DNA of 64,000 bases, taken from NCBI GenBank assembly GCA_046563655.1, contig CM102283.1, positions 4,960,001-5,024,000 on the forward strand, given 5' to 3'. Within the stretch, counting starts at the first letter, position 1; each line of letters starts with the position of its first letter. The notes beneath the pieces were generated by a model, which worked only from the letters and a program-made list of their open reading frames with translations, did not search any database and was not told where the DNA came from. This DNA comes from Yuukianura sp. NJ FZ-2021 (lineage: Eukaryota). Below are positions 15,001 through 29,909 of this stretch, piece after piece. Position numbers and translations under genes: made by a program.

Positions 15001-18000
15001 CTCTAACGCTATTCTACAATGGTGTTTGATGTGCCAAATTTTAGTCTAGGAATAGTTTCGCTTTTGTTTCAAGTTGAAATTAGATATGCTTTGGAACAGC
15101 TATTTTATTAAAACCTGCTTGCATTTGGACAAAGAGTAAAGTGGATTTTTCTTCAAAATTTCTGAGTGCGACCTTTAGATTCTAAGGCTATGCTGACACC
15201 ATCTAATTCCACTCTAACGCTATTCTACAATGGTGTTTGATGTGCCAACAGGAATAGTTTCGCTTGTGTTTCAAGTTGAAATTAGATATGCTTTGGAACA
15301 GCTATTTTATTAAAACCCGCTTGCATTTGGACAAAGAGTAAAGTGGATTTTTCTTCAAAATTTATGAGTGCGACCTTTAGATTCTAAGGCTATGCTGACA
15401 CCATCTAATTCCACTCTAACGCTATTCTACAATGGTGTTTGATGTGCCAACAGGAATAGTTTCGCTTGTGTTTCAAGTTGAAATTAGATATGCTTTGGAA
15501 CAACTATTTTATTAAAACCTGCTTGCATTTGGACAAAGAGTAAAGTGGATTTTTCTTCAAAATTTATGAGTGCGACCTTTAGATTCTAAGGCTATGCTGA
15601 CACCATCTAATTCCACTCTAACGCTATTCTACAATGGTGTTTGATGTGCCAACTTTTAGTCGAAGAACAGTTTCGCTTTTGTTTCAAGTTGAAATTAGGT
15701 ATGCTTTGGAACAGCTATTTTATTAAAACCTGCTTGCATTTGGACAAAGAGTAAAGGGGATTTTTCTTCAAAATTTATGAGTGCGACCTTTAGATTCTAA
15801 GGCTATGCTGACACCATCTAATTCCACTCTAACGCTATTCTACAATGGTGTTTGATGTGCCAAATTTTAGTCTAGGAATAGTTTCGCTTTTGTTTCAAGT
15901 TGAAATTAGATATGCTTTGGAACAGCTATTTTATTAAAACCTGCTTGCATTTGGACAAAGAGTAAAGTGGATTTTTACTCAAAATTTCTGAGTGCGACCT
16001 TTAGATTCTAAGGCTATGCTGACACCATCTAATTCCACTCTAACGCTATTCTACAATGGTGTTTGATGTGCCAACAGGAATAGTTTCGCTTGTGTTTCAA
16101 GTTGAAATTAGATATGCTTTGGAACAGCTATTTTATTAAAACCCGCTTGCATTTGGACAAAGAGTAAAGGGGATTTTTCTTCAAAATTTATGAGTGCGAC
16201 CTTTAGATTCTAAGGCTATGCTGACACCATCTAATTCCACTCTAACGCTATTCTACAATGGTGTTTGATGTGCCAACAGGAATAGTTTCGCTTGTGTTTC
16301 AAGTTGAAATTAGATATGCTTTGGAACAACTATTTTATTAAAACCTGCTTGCATTTGGACAAAGAGTAAAGGGGATTTTTCTTCAAAATTTATGAGTGCG
16401 ACCTTTAGATTCTAAGGCTATGCTGACACCATCTAATTCCACTCTAACGCTATTCTACAATGGTGTTTGATGTGCCAACTTTTAGTCGAAGAACAGTTTC
16501 GCTTTTGTTTCAAGTTGAAATTAGGTATGCTTTGGAACAGCTATTTTATTAAAACCTGCTTGCATTTGGACAAAGAGTAAAGGGGATTTTTCTTCAAAAT
16601 TTATGAGTGCGACCTTTAGATTCTAAGGCTATGCTGACACCATCTAATTCCACTCTAACGCTATTCTACAATGGTGTTTGATGTGCCAACAGGAATAGTT
16701 TCGCTTGTGTTTCAAGTTGAAATTAGATATGCTTTGGAACAACTATTTTATTAAAACCTGCTTGCATTTGGACAAAGAGTAAAGTGGATTTTTCTTCAAA
16801 ATTTCTGAGTGCGACCTTTAGATTCTAAGGCTATGCTGACACCATCTAATTCCACTCTAACGCTATTCTACAATGGTGTTTGATGTGCCAACAGGAATAG
16901 TTTCGCTTGTGTTTCAAGTTGAAATTAGATATGCTTTGGAACAGCTATTTTATTAAAACCTGCTTGCATTTGGACAAAGAGTAAAGTGGATTTTTCTTCA
17001 AAATTTATGAGTGCGACCTTTAGATTCTAAGGCTATGCTGACACCATCTAATTCCACTCTAACGCTATTCTACAATGGTGTTTGATGTGCCAACAGGAAT
17101 AGTTTCGCTTGTGTTTCAAGTTGAAATTAGATATGCTTTGGAACAACTATTTTATTAAAACCTGCTTGCATTTGGACAAAGAGTAAAGGGGATTTTTCTT
17201 CAAAATTTATGAGTGCGACCTTTAGATTCTAAGGCTATGCTGACACCATCTAATTCCACTCTAACGCTATTCTACAATGGTGTTTGATGTGCCAACTTTT
17301 AGTCGAAGAACAGTTTCGCTTTTGTTTCAAGTTGAAATTAGATATGCTTTGGAACAGCTATTTTATTAAAACCTGCTTGCATTTGGACAAAGAGTAAAGT
17401 GGATTTTTCTTCAAAATTTCTGAGTGCGACCTTTAGATTCTAAGGCTATGCTGACACCATCTAATTCCACTCTAACGCTATTCTACAATGGTGTTTGATG
17501 TGCCAACTAGGAATAGTTTCGCTTGTGTTTCAAGTTGAAATTAGATATGCTTTGGAACAACTATTTTATTAAAACCTGCTTGCATTTGGACAAAGAGTAA
17601 AGTGGATTTTTCTTCAAAATTTCAGAGTGCGACCTTTAGATTCTAAGGCTATACTGACACCATCTAATTCCACTCTAACTCTATTTTACAATGGTGTTTG
17701 ATGTGCCAACAGGAATAGTTTCGCTTTTGTTTCAAGTTGAAATTAGGTATGCTTTGGAACAACTATTTTATCAAAACCTGCTTGCATTTGGACAAAGAGT
17801 AAAGTGGATTTTTATTCAAAATTTCTGAGTGCGACCTTTAGATTCTAAGGCTATGCTGACACCATCTAATTCCACTCTAACGCTATTCTACAATGGTGTT
17901 TGATGTGCCAACAGGAATAGTTTCGCTTGTGTTTCAAGTTGAAATTAGATATGCTTTGGAACAGCTATTTTATTAAAACCCGCTTGCATTTGGACAAAGA

Positions 18001-21000
18001 GTAAAGGGGATTTTTCTTCAAAATTTATGAGTGCGACCTTTAGATTCTAAGGCTATGCTGACACCATCTAATTCCACTCTAACGCTATTCTACAATGGTG
18101 TTTGATGTGCCAACAGGAATAGTTTCGCTTGTGTTTCAAGTTGAAATTAGATATGCTTTGGAACAGCTATTTTATTAAAACCTGCTTGCATTTGGACAAA
18201 GAGTAAAGTGGATTTTTCTTCAAAATTTCTGAGTGCGACCTTTAGATTCTAAGGCTATGCTGACACCATCTAATTCCACTCTAACGCTATTCTACAATGG
18301 TGTTTGATGTGCCAACAGGAATAGTTTCGCTTGTGTTTCAAGTTGAAATTAGATATGCTTTGGAACAGCTATTTTATTAAAACCTGCTTGCATTTGGACA
18401 AAGAGTAAAGTGGATTTTTCTTCAAAATTTATGAGTGCGACCTTTAGATTCTAAGGCTATGCTGACACCATCTAATTCCACTCTAACGCTATTCTACAAT
18501 GGTGTTTGATGTGCCAACTAGTCGAAGAATAGTTTCGCTTTTGTTTCAAGTTGAAATTAGATATGCTTTGGAACAGCTATTTTATTAAAACCTGCTTGCA
18601 TTTGGACAAAGAGTAAAGTGGATTTTTCTTCAAAATTTCTGAGTGCGACCTTTAGATTCTAAGGCTATGCTGACACCATCTAATTCCACTCTAACGCTAT
18701 TCTACAATGGTGTTTGATGTGCCAACAGGAATAGTTTCGCTTGTGTTTCAAGTTGAAATTAGATATGCTTTGGAACAGCTATTTTATTAAAACCTGCTTG
18801 CATTTGGACAAAGAGTAAAGGGGATTTTTCTTCAAAATTTATGAGTGCGACCTTTAGATTCTAAGGCTATGCTGACACCATCTAATTCCACTCTAACGCT
18901 ATTCTACAATGGTGTTTGATGTGCCAACTTTTACTCTAGGAATAGTTTCGCTTGTGTTTCAAGTTGAAATTAGATATGCTTTGGAACAACTATTTTATTA
19001 AAACCTGCTTGCATTTGGACAAAGAGTAAAGTGGATTTTTCTTCAAAATTTCTGAGTGCGACCTTTAGATTCTAAGGCTATGCTGACACCATCTAATTCC
19101 ACTCTAACGCTATTCTACAATGGTGTTTGATGTGCCAACAGGAATAGTTTCGCTTGTGTTTCAAGTTGAAATTAGATATGCTTTGGAACAGCTATTTTAT
19201 TAAAACCCGCTTGCATTTGGACAAAGAGTAAAGGGGATTTTTTTTCAAAATTTATGAGTGCGACCTTTAGATTCTAAGGCTATGCTGACACCATCTAGTT
19301 CCACTCTAACGCTATTCTACAATGGTGTTTGATGTGCCAACAGGAATAGTTTCGTTTGTGTTTCAAGTTGAAATTAGATATGCTTTGGAACAGCTATTTT
19401 ATTAAAACCTGCTTGCATTTGGACAAAGAGTAAAGGGGATTTTTCTTCAAAATTTCTGAGTGCGACCTTTAGATTCTAAGGCTATGCTGACACCATCTAA
19501 TTCCACTCTAACGCTATTCTACAATGGTGTTTGATGTGCCAACTTTTAGTCGAAGAACAGTTTCGCTTTTGTTTCAAGTTGAAATTAGATATGCTTTGGA
19601 ACAGCTATTTTATTAAAACCTGCTTGCATTTGGACAAAGAGTAAAGTGGATTTTTCTTCAAAATTTCTGAGTGCGACCTTTAGATTCTAAGGCTATGCTG
19701 ACACCATCTAATTCCACTCTAACGCTATTCTACAATGGTGTTTGATGTGCCAACAGGAATAGTTTCGCTTGTGTTTCAAGTTGAAATTAGATATGCTTTG
19801 GAACAGCTATTTTATTAAAACCTGCTTGCATTTGGACAAAGAGTAAAGGGGATTTTTCTTCAAAATTTATGAGTGCGACCTTTAGATTCTAAGGCTATGC
19901 TGACACCATCTAATTCCACTCTAACGCTATTCTACAATGGTGTTTGATGTGCCAACAGGAATAGTTTCGCTTGTGTTTCAAGTTGAAATTAGATATGCTT
20001 TGGAACAACTATTTTATTAAAACCTGCTTGCATTTGGACAAAGAGTAAAGTGGATTTTTCTTCAAAATTTCTGAGTGCGACCTTTAGATTCTAAGGCTAT
20101 GCTGACACCATCTAATTCCACTCTAACGCTATTCTACAATGGTGTTTGATGTGCCAACAGGAATAGTTTCGCTTGTGTTTCAAGTTGAAATTAGATATGC
20201 TTTCGAACAGCTATTTTATTAAAACCTGCTTGCATTTGGACAAAGAGTAAAGTGGATTTTTCTTCAAAATTTATGAGTGCGACCTTTAGATTCTAAGGCT
20301 ATGCTGACACCATCTAATTCCACTCTAACGCTATTCTACAATGGTGTTTGATGTGCCAAATTTTAGTCTAGGAATAGTTTCGCTTTTGTTTCAAGTTGAA
20401 ATTAGATATGCTTTGGAACAGCTATTTTATTAAAACCTGCTTGCATTTGGACAAAGAGTAAAGTGGATTTTTCTTCAAAATTTCTGAGTGCGACCTTTAG
20501 ATTCTAAGGCTATGCTGACACCATCTAATTCCACTCTAACGCTATTCTACAATGGTGTTTGATGTGCCAACAGGAATAGTTTCGCTTGTGTTTCAAGTTG
20601 AAATTAGATATGCTTTGGAACAGCTATTTTATTAAAACCCGCTTGCATTTGGACAAAGAGTAAAGTGGATTTTTCTTCAAAATTTATGAGTGCGACCTTT
20701 AGATTCTAAGGCTATGCTGACACCATCTAATTCCACTCTAACGCTATTCTACAATGGTGTTTGATGTGCCAACAGGAATAGTTTCGCTTGTGTTTCAAGT
20801 TGAAATTAGATATGCTTTGGAACAGCTATTTTATTAAAACCCGCTTGCATTTGGACAAAGAGTAAAGTGGATTTTTCTTCAAAATTTATGAGTGCGACCT
20901 TTAGATTCTAAGGCTATGCTGACACCATCTAATTCCACTCTAACGCTATTCTACAATGGTGTTTGATGTGCCAAACTTTAGTCTAGGAGTAGTTTCGCTT

Positions 21001-24000
21001 TTTTTTCAAGTTGAAATTAGATATGCTTTGGAACAGCTATTTTATTAAAACCTGCTTGCATTTGGACAAAGAGTAAAGTGGATTTTTCTTCAAAATTTCT
21101 GAGTGCGACCTTTAGATTCTAAGGCTATGCTGACACCATCTAATTCCACTCTAACGCTATTCTACAATGGTGTTTGATGTGCCAACAGGAATAGTTTCGC
21201 TTGTGTTTCAAGTTGAAATTAGATATGCTTTGGAACAGCTATTTTATTAAAACCTGCTTGCATTTGGACAAAGAGTAAAGGGGATTTTTCTTCAAAATTT
21301 ATGAGTGCGACCTTTAGATTCTAAGGCTATGCTGACACCATCTAATTCCACTCTAACGCTATTCTACAATGGTGTTTGATGTGCCAACAGGAATAGTTTC
21401 GCTTGTGTTTCAAGTTGAAATTAGATATGCTTTGGAACAGCTATTTTATTAAAACCTGCTTGCATTTGGACAAAGAGTAAAGTGGATTTTTCTTCAAAAT
21501 TTCTGAGTGCGACCTTTAGATTCTAAGGCTATGCTGACACCATCTAATTCCACTCTAACGCTATTCTACAATGGTGTTTGATGTGCCAACAGGAATAGTT
21601 TCGCTTGTGTTTCAAGTTGAAATTAGATATGCTTTGGAACAGCTATTTTATTAAAACCTGCTTGCATTTGGACAAAGAGTAAAGGGGATTTTTCTTCAAA
21701 ATTTATGAGTGCGACCTTTAGATTCTAAGGCTATGCTGACACCATCTAATTCCACTCTAACGCTATTCTACAATGGTGTTTGATGTGCCAACAGGAATAG
21801 TTTCGCTTGTGTTTCAAGTTGAAATTAGATATGCTTTGGAACAACTATTTTATTAAAACCTGCTTGCATTTGGACAAAGAGTAAAGTGGATTTTTCTTCA
21901 AAATTTCTGAGTGCGACCTTTAGATTCTAAGGCTATGCTGACACCATCTAATTCCACTCTAACGCTATTCTACAATGGTGTTTGATGTGCCAACAGGAAT
22001 AGTTTCGCTTGTGTTTCAAGTTGAAATTAGATATGCTTTGGAACAGCTATTTTATTAAAACCTGCTTGCATTTGGACAAAGAGTAAAGTGGATTTTTACT
22101 CAAAATTTCTGTGTGCGACCTTTACATTCTAAGGCTATGCTGACACCATCTAATTCCACTCTAACGCTATTCTGCAATGGTGTTTGATGTGCCAAATTTT
22201 AGTCTAGGAATAGTTTCGCTTGTGTTTCAAGTTGAAATTAGATATGCTTTGGAACAGCTATTTTATTAAAACCTGCTTGCATTTGGACAAAGAGTAAAGT
22301 GGATTTTTCTTCAAAATTTCTGAGTGCGACCTTTAGATTCTAAGGCTATGCTGACACCATCTAATTCCACTCTAACGCTATTCTACAATGGTGTTTGATG
22401 TGCCAACAGGAATAGTTTCGCTTGTGTTTCAAGTTGAAATTAGATATGCTTTGGAACAGCTATTTTATTAAAACCTGCTTGCATTTGGACAAAGAGTAAA
22501 GTGGATTTTTCTTCAAAATTTCTGAGTGCGACCTTTAGATTCTAAGGCTATGCTGACACCATCTAATTCCACTCTAACGCTATTCTACAATGGTGTTTGA
22601 TGTGCCAACAGGAATAGTTTCGCTTGTGTTTCAAGTTGAAATTAGATATGCTTTGGAACAGCTATTTTATTAAAACCCGCTTGCATTTGGACAAAGAGTA
22701 AAGTGGATTTTTCTTCAAAATTTATGAGTGCGACCTTTAGATTCTAAGGCTATGCTGACACCATCTAATTCCACTCTAACGCTATTCTACAATGGTGTTT
22801 GATGTGCCAAACTTTAGTCTAGGAATAGTTTCGCTTTTGTTTCAAGTTGAAATTAGATATGCTTTGGAACAGCTATTTTATTAAAACCTGCTTGCATTTG
22901 GACAAAGAGTAAAGTGGATTTTTCTTCAAAATTTCTGAGTGCGACCTTTAGATTCTAAGGCTATGCTGACACCATCTAATTCCACTCTAACGCTATTCTA
23001 CAATGGTGTTTGATGTGCCAACAGGAATAGTTTCGCTTGTGTTTCAAGTTGAAATTAGATATGCTTTGGAACAGCTATTTTATTAAAACCCGCTTGCATT
23101 TGGACAAAGAGTAAAGGGGATTTTTCTTCAAAATTTATGAGTGCGACCTTTAGATTCTAAGGCTATGCTGACACCATCTAATTCCACTCTAACGCCATTT
23201 TACAATGGTGTTTGATGTGCCAACTTTTAGTCGAGGAATAGTTTCGCTTTTGTTTCAAGTTGAAATTAGACATGCTTTGGAACAGCTATTTTATTAAAAC
23301 CTGCTTGCATTTGGACAAAGAGTAAAGTGGATTTTTACTCAAAATTTCTGTGTGCGACCTTTAGATTCTAAGGCTATGCTGACACCATCTAATTCCACTC
23401 TAACGCTATTCTACAATGGTGTTTGATGTGCCAAATTTTAGTCTAGGAATAGTTTCGCTTTTGTTTCAAGTTGAAATTAGATATGCTTTGGAACAGCTAT
23501 TTTATTAAAACCTGCTTGCATTTGGACAAAGAGTAAAGGGGATTTTTCTTCAAAATTTATGAGTGCGACCTTTAGATTCTAAGGCTATGCTGACACCATC
23601 TAATTCCACTCTAACGCTATTCTACAATGGTGTTTGATGTGCCAACTTTTAGTCGAAGAACAGTTTCGCTTTTGTTTCAAGTTGAAATTAGATATGCTTT
23701 GGAACAGCTATTTTATTAAAACCTGCTTGCATTTGGACAAAGAGTAAAGTGGATTTTTCTTCAAAATTTCTGAGTGCGACCTTTAGATTCTAAGGCTATG
23801 CTGACACCATCTAATTCCACTCTAACGCTATTCTACAATGGTGTTTGATGTGCCAACAGGAATAGTTTCGCTTGTGTTTCAAGTTGAAATTAGATATGCT
23901 TTGGAACAACTATTTTATTAAAACCTGCTTGCATTTGGACAAAGAGTAAAGGGGATTTTTCTTCAAAATTTATGAGTGCGACCTTTAGATTCTAAGGCTA

Positions 24001-27000
24001 TGCTGACACCATCTAATTCCACTCTAACGCTATTCTACAATGGTGTTTGATGTGCCAACTTTTAGTCGAAGAACAGTTTCGCTTTTGTTTCGAGTTGAAA
24101 TTAGATATGCTTTGGAACAACTATTTTATTAAAACCTGCTTGCATTTGGACAAAGAGTAAAGTGGATTTTTCTTCAAAATTTCTGAGTGCGACCTTTAGA
24201 TTCTAAGGCTATGCTGACACCATCTAATTCCACTCTAACGCTATTCTACAATGGTGTTTGATGTGCCAACAGGAATAGTTTCGCTTGTGTTTCAAGTTGA
24301 AATTAGATATGCTTTGGAACAGCTATTTTATTAAAACCCGCTTGCATTTGGACAAAGAGTAAAGGGGATTTTTTTTTTCAAAATTTATGAGTGCGACCTT
24401 TAGATTCTAAGGCTATGCTGACACCATCTAATTCCACTCTAACGCTATTCTACAATGGTGTTTGATGTGCCAACAGGAATAGTTTCGCTTGTGTTTCAAG
24501 TTGAAATTAGATATGCTTTGGAACAGCTATTTTATTAAAACCTGCTTGCATTTGGACAAAGAGTAAAGGGGATTTTTCTTCAAAATTTATGAGTGCGACC
24601 TTTAGATTCTAAGGCTATGCTGACACCATCTAGTTCCACTCTAACGCTATTCTACAATGGTGTTTGATGTGCCAACTTTTAGTCGAAGAACAGTTTCGCT
24701 TTTGTTTCGATTTGAAATTAGATATGCTTTGGAACAACTATTTTATTAAAACCTGCTTGCATTTGGACAAAGAAGAGTAAAGTGGATTTTTCTTCAAAAT
24801 TTCTGAGTGCGACCTTTAGATTCTAAGGCTATGCTGACACCATCTAATTCCACTCTAACGCTATTCTACAATGGTGTTTGATGTGCCAACAGGAATAGTT
24901 TCGCTTGTGTTTCAAGTTGAAATTAGATATGCTTTGGAACAGCTATTTTATTAAAACCTGCTTGCATTTGGACAAAGAGTAAAGGGGATTTTTCTTCAAA
25001 ATTTAAGAGTGCGACCTTTAGATTCTAAGGCTATGCTGACACCATCCAATTCCACTCTAACGCTATTTTACAATGGTGTTTGATGTGCCAACAGGAATAG
25101 TTTCGCTTGTGTTTCAAGTTGAAATTAGATATGCTTTCGAACAGCTATTTTATTAAAACCTGCTTGCGTTTGGAGAAAGAGTAAAGTGGATTTTTCTTCA
25201 AAATTTCTGAGTGCGACCTTTAGGTTCTAAGGCTATGCTGACACCATCTAATTCCACTCTAACGCTATTCTACAATGGTGTTTGATGTGCCAACAGGAAT
25301 AGTTTCGCTTGTGTTTCAAGTTGAAATTAGATATGCTTTCGAACAGCTATTTTATTAAAACCTGCTTGCATTTGGACAAAGAGTAAAGTGGATTTTTCTT
25401 CAAAATTTATGAGTGCGACCTTTAGATTCTAAGGCTATGCTGACACCATCTAATTCCACTCTAACGCTATTCTACAATGGTGTTTGATGTGCCAAATTTT
25501 AGTCTAGGAATAGTTTCGCTTTTGTTTCAAGTTGAAATTAGATATGCTTTGGAACAGCTATTTTATTAAAACCTGCTTGCATTTGGACAAAGAGTAAAGT
25601 GGATTTTTACTCAAAATTTCTGAGTGCGACCTTTAGATTCTAAGGCTATGCTGACACCATCTAATTCCACTCTAACGCTATTCTACAATGGTGTTTGATG
25701 TGCCAACAGGAATAGTTTCGCTTGTGTTTCAAGTTGAAATTAGATATGCTTTGGAACAGCTATTTTATTAAAACCCGCTCGCATTTGCATTTGGACAAAG
25801 AGTAAAGTGGATTTTTCTTCAAAATTTATGAGTGCGACCTTTAGATTCTAAGGCTATGCTGACACCATCTAATTCCACTCTAACGCTATTCTACAATGGT
25901 GTTTGATGTGCCAACAGGAATAGTTTCGCTTGTGTTTCAAGTTGAAATTAGATATGCTTTGGAACAGCTATTTTATTAAAACCTGCTTGCATTTGGACAA
26001 AGAGTAAAGTGGATTTTTCTTCAAAATTTCTGAGTGCGACCTTTAGATTCTAAGGCTATGCTGACACCATCTAATTCCACTCTAACGCTATTCTACAATG
26101 GTGTTTGATGTGCCAACAGGAATAGTTTCGCTTGTGTTTCAAGTTGAAATTAGATATGCTTTGGAACAGCTATTTTATTAAAACCTGCTTGCATTTGGAC
26201 AAAGAGTAAAGTGGATTTTTCTTCAAAATTTATGAGTGCGACCTTTAGATTCTAAGGCTATGCTGACACCATCTAATTCCACTCTAACGCTATTCTACAA
26301 TGGTGTTTGATGTGCCAAATTTTAGTCTAGGAGTAGTTTCGCTTTTGTTTCAAGTTGAAATTAGATATGCTTTGGAACAGCTATTTTATTAAAACCTGCT
26401 TGCATTTGGACAAAGAGTAAAGTGGATTTTTCTTCAAAATTTATGAGTGCGACCTTTAGATTCTAAGGCTATGCTGACACCATCTAATTCCACTCTAACG
26501 CTATTCTACAATGGTGTTTGATGTGCCAACAGGAATAGTTTCGCTTGTGTTTCAAGTTGAAATTAGATATGCTTTGGAACAGCTATTTTATTAAAACCCG
26601 CTTGCATTTGGACAAAGAGTAAAGTGGATTTTTCTTCAAAATTTATGAGTGCGACCTTTAGATTCTAAGGCTATGCTGACACCATCTAATTCCACTCTAA
26701 CGCTATTCTACAATGGTGTTTGATGTGCCAAACTTTAGTCTAGGAGTAGTTTCGCTTTTGTTTCAAGTTGAAATTAGATATGCTTTGGAACAGCTATTTT
26801 ATTAAAACCTGCTTGCATTTGGACAAAGAGTAAAGTGGATTTTTCTTCAAAATTTCTGAGTGCGACCTTTAGATTCTAAGGCTATGCTGACACCATCTAA
26901 TTCCACTCTAACGCTATTCTACAATGGTGTTTGATGTGCCAACAGGAATAGTTTCGCTTGTGTTTCAAGTTGAAATTAGATATGCTTTGGAACAGCTATT

Positions 27001-29909
27001 TTATTAAAACCCGCTTGCATTTGGACAAAGAGTAAAGGGGATTTTTTTTTCAAAATTTATGAGTGCGACCTTTAGATTCTAAGGCTATGCTGACACCATC
27101 TAATTCCACTCTAACGCTATTCTACAATGGTGTTTGATGTGCCAACAGGAATAGTTTCGCTTGTGTTTCAAGTTGAAATTAGATATGCTTTGGAACAGCT
27201 ATTTTATTAAAACCTGCTTGCATTTGGACAAAGAGTAAAGTGGATTTTTCTTCAAAATTTCTGAGTGCGACCTTTAGATTCTAAGGCTATGCTGACACCA
27301 TCTAATTCCACTCTAACGCTATTCTACAATGGTGTTTGATGTGCCAACAGGAATAGTTTCGCTTGTGTTTCAAGTTGAAATTAGATATGCTTTGGAACAG
27401 CTATTTTATTAAAACCCGCTTGCATTTGGACAAAGAGTAAAGGGGATTTTTTTCAAAATTTATGAGTGCGACCTTTAGATTCTAAGGCTATGCTGACACC
27501 ATCTAATTCCACTCTAACGCTATTCTACAATGGTGTTTGATGTGCCAACAGGAATAGTTTCGCTTGTGTTTCAAGTTGAAATTAGATATGCTTTGGAACA
27601 GCTATTTTATTAAAACCTGCTTGCATTTGGACAAAGAGTAAAGTGGATTTTTCTTCAAAATTTATGAGTGCGACCTTTAGATTCTAAGGCTATGCTGACA
27701 CCATCTAATTCCACTCTAACGCTATTCTACAATGGTGTTTGATGTGCCAAATTTTAGTCTAGGAATAGTTTCGCTTTTGTTTCAAGTTGAAATTAGATAT
27801 GCTTTGGAACAGCTATTTTATTAAAACCTGCTTGCATTTGGACAAAGAGTAAAGTGGATTTTTCTTCAAAATTTCTGAGTGCGACCTTTAGATTCTAAGG
27901 CTATGCTGACACCATCTAATTCCACTCTAACGCTATTCTACAATGGTGTTTGATGTGCCAACAGGAATAGTTTCGCTTGTGTTTCAAGTTGAAATTAGAT
28001 ATGCTTTGGAACAGCTATTTTATTAAAACCTGCTTGCATTTGGACAAAGAGTAAAGTGGATTTTTCTTCAAAATTTATGAGTGCGACCTTTAGATTCTAA
28101 GGCTATGCTGACACCATCTAATTCCACTCTAACGCTATTCTACAATGGTGTTTGATGTGCCAACAGGAATAGTTTCGCTTGTGTTTCAAGTTGAAATTAG
28201 ATATGCTTTGGAACAGCTATTTTATTAAAACCCGCTTGCATTTGGACAAAGAGTAAAGTGGATTTTTCTTCAAAATTTATGAGTGCGACCTTTAGATTCT
28301 AAGGCTATGCTGACACCATCTAATTCCACTCTAACGCTATTCTACAATGGTGTTTGATGTGCCAAACTTTAGTCTAGGAATAGTTTCGCTTTTGTTTCAA
28401 GTTGAAATTAGATATGCTTTGGAACAGCTATTTTATTAAAACCTGCTTGCATTTGGACAAAGAGTAAAGTGGATTTTTCTTCAAAATTTCTGAGTGCGAC
28501 CTTTAGATTCTAAGGCTATGCTGACACCATCTAATTCCACTCTAACGCTATTCTACAATGGTGTTTGATGTGCCAACAGGAATAGTTTCGCTTGTGTTTC
28601 AAGTTGAAATTAGATATGCTTTGGAACAGCTATTTTATTAAAACCCGCTTGCATTTGGACAAAGAGTAAAGGGGATTTTTCTTCAAAATTTATGAGTGCG
28701 ACCTTTAGATTCTAAGGCTATGCTGACACCATCTAATTCCACTCTAACGCTATTCTACAATGGTGTTTGATGTGCCAACAGGAATAGTTTCGCTTGTGTT
28801 TCAAGTTGAAATTAGATATGCTTTCGAACAGCTATTTTATTAAAACCTGCTTGCATTTGGACAAAGAGTAAAGTGGATTTTTCTTCAAAATTTATGAGTG
28901 CGACCTTTAGATTCTAAGGCTATGCTGACACCATCTAATTCCACTCTAACGCTATTCTACAATGGTGTTTGATGTGCCAAATTTTAGTCTAGGAGTAGTT
29001 TCGCTTTTGTTTCAAGTTGAAATTAGATATGCTTTGGAACAGCTATTTTATTAAAACCTGCTTGCATTTGGACAAAGAGTAAAGTGGATTTTTCTTCAAA
29101 ATTTCTGAGTGCGACCTTTAGATTCTAAGGCTATGCTGACACCATCTAATTCCACTCTAACGCTATTCTACAATGGTGTTTGATGTGCCAACAGGAATAG
29201 TTTCGCTTGTGTTTCAAGTTGAAATTAGATATGCTTTGGAACAGCTATTTTATTAAAACCCGCTTGCATTTGGACAAAGAGTAAATGGGATTTTTTTTCA
29301 AAATTTATGAGTGCGACCTTTAGATTCTAAGGCTATGCTGACACCATCTAGTTCCACTCTAACGCTATTCTACAATGGTGTTTGATGTGCCAACAGGAAT
29401 AGTTTCGCTTGTGTTTCAAGTTGAAATTAGATATGCTTTCGAACAGCTATTTTATTAAAACCTGCTTGCATTTGGACAAAGAGTAAAGTGGATTTTTACT
29501 CAAAATTTCTGAGTGCGACCTTTAGATTCTAAGGCTATGCTGACACCATCTAATTCCACTCTAACGCTATTCTACAATGGTGTTTGATGTGCCAACAGGA
29601 ATAGTTTCGCTTGTGTTTCAAGTTGAAATTAGATATGCTTTGGAACAGCTATTTTATTAAAACCTGCTTGCATTTGGACAAAGAGTAAAGTGGATTTTTC
29701 TTCAAAATTTCTGAGTGCGACCTTTAGATTCTAAGGCTATGCTGACACCATCTAATTCCACTCTAACGCTATTCTACAATGGTGTTTGATGTGCCAACAG
29801 GAATAGTTTCGCTTGTGTTTCAAGTTGAAATTAGATATGCTTTGGAACAGCTATTTTATTAAAACCCGCTTGCATTTGGACAAAGAGTAAAGGGGATTTT
29901 TTTTTCAAA
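1..29909 (+). repeat. Tandem satellite 1, 202-bp monomer with frequent 211-bp variant (~146 copies; starts before the window)
   Basis: CAGGAATAGTTTCGC recurs at 1, 203, 405, 607 (period 202). The step 809->1020 is 211 because of a 9-bp insertion (TTTTAGTCG or TTTTAGTCT) after GTGCCAA(C/A). Copies are near-identical and AT-rich, and the ORF track shows nothing here. Confidence 0.98.
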
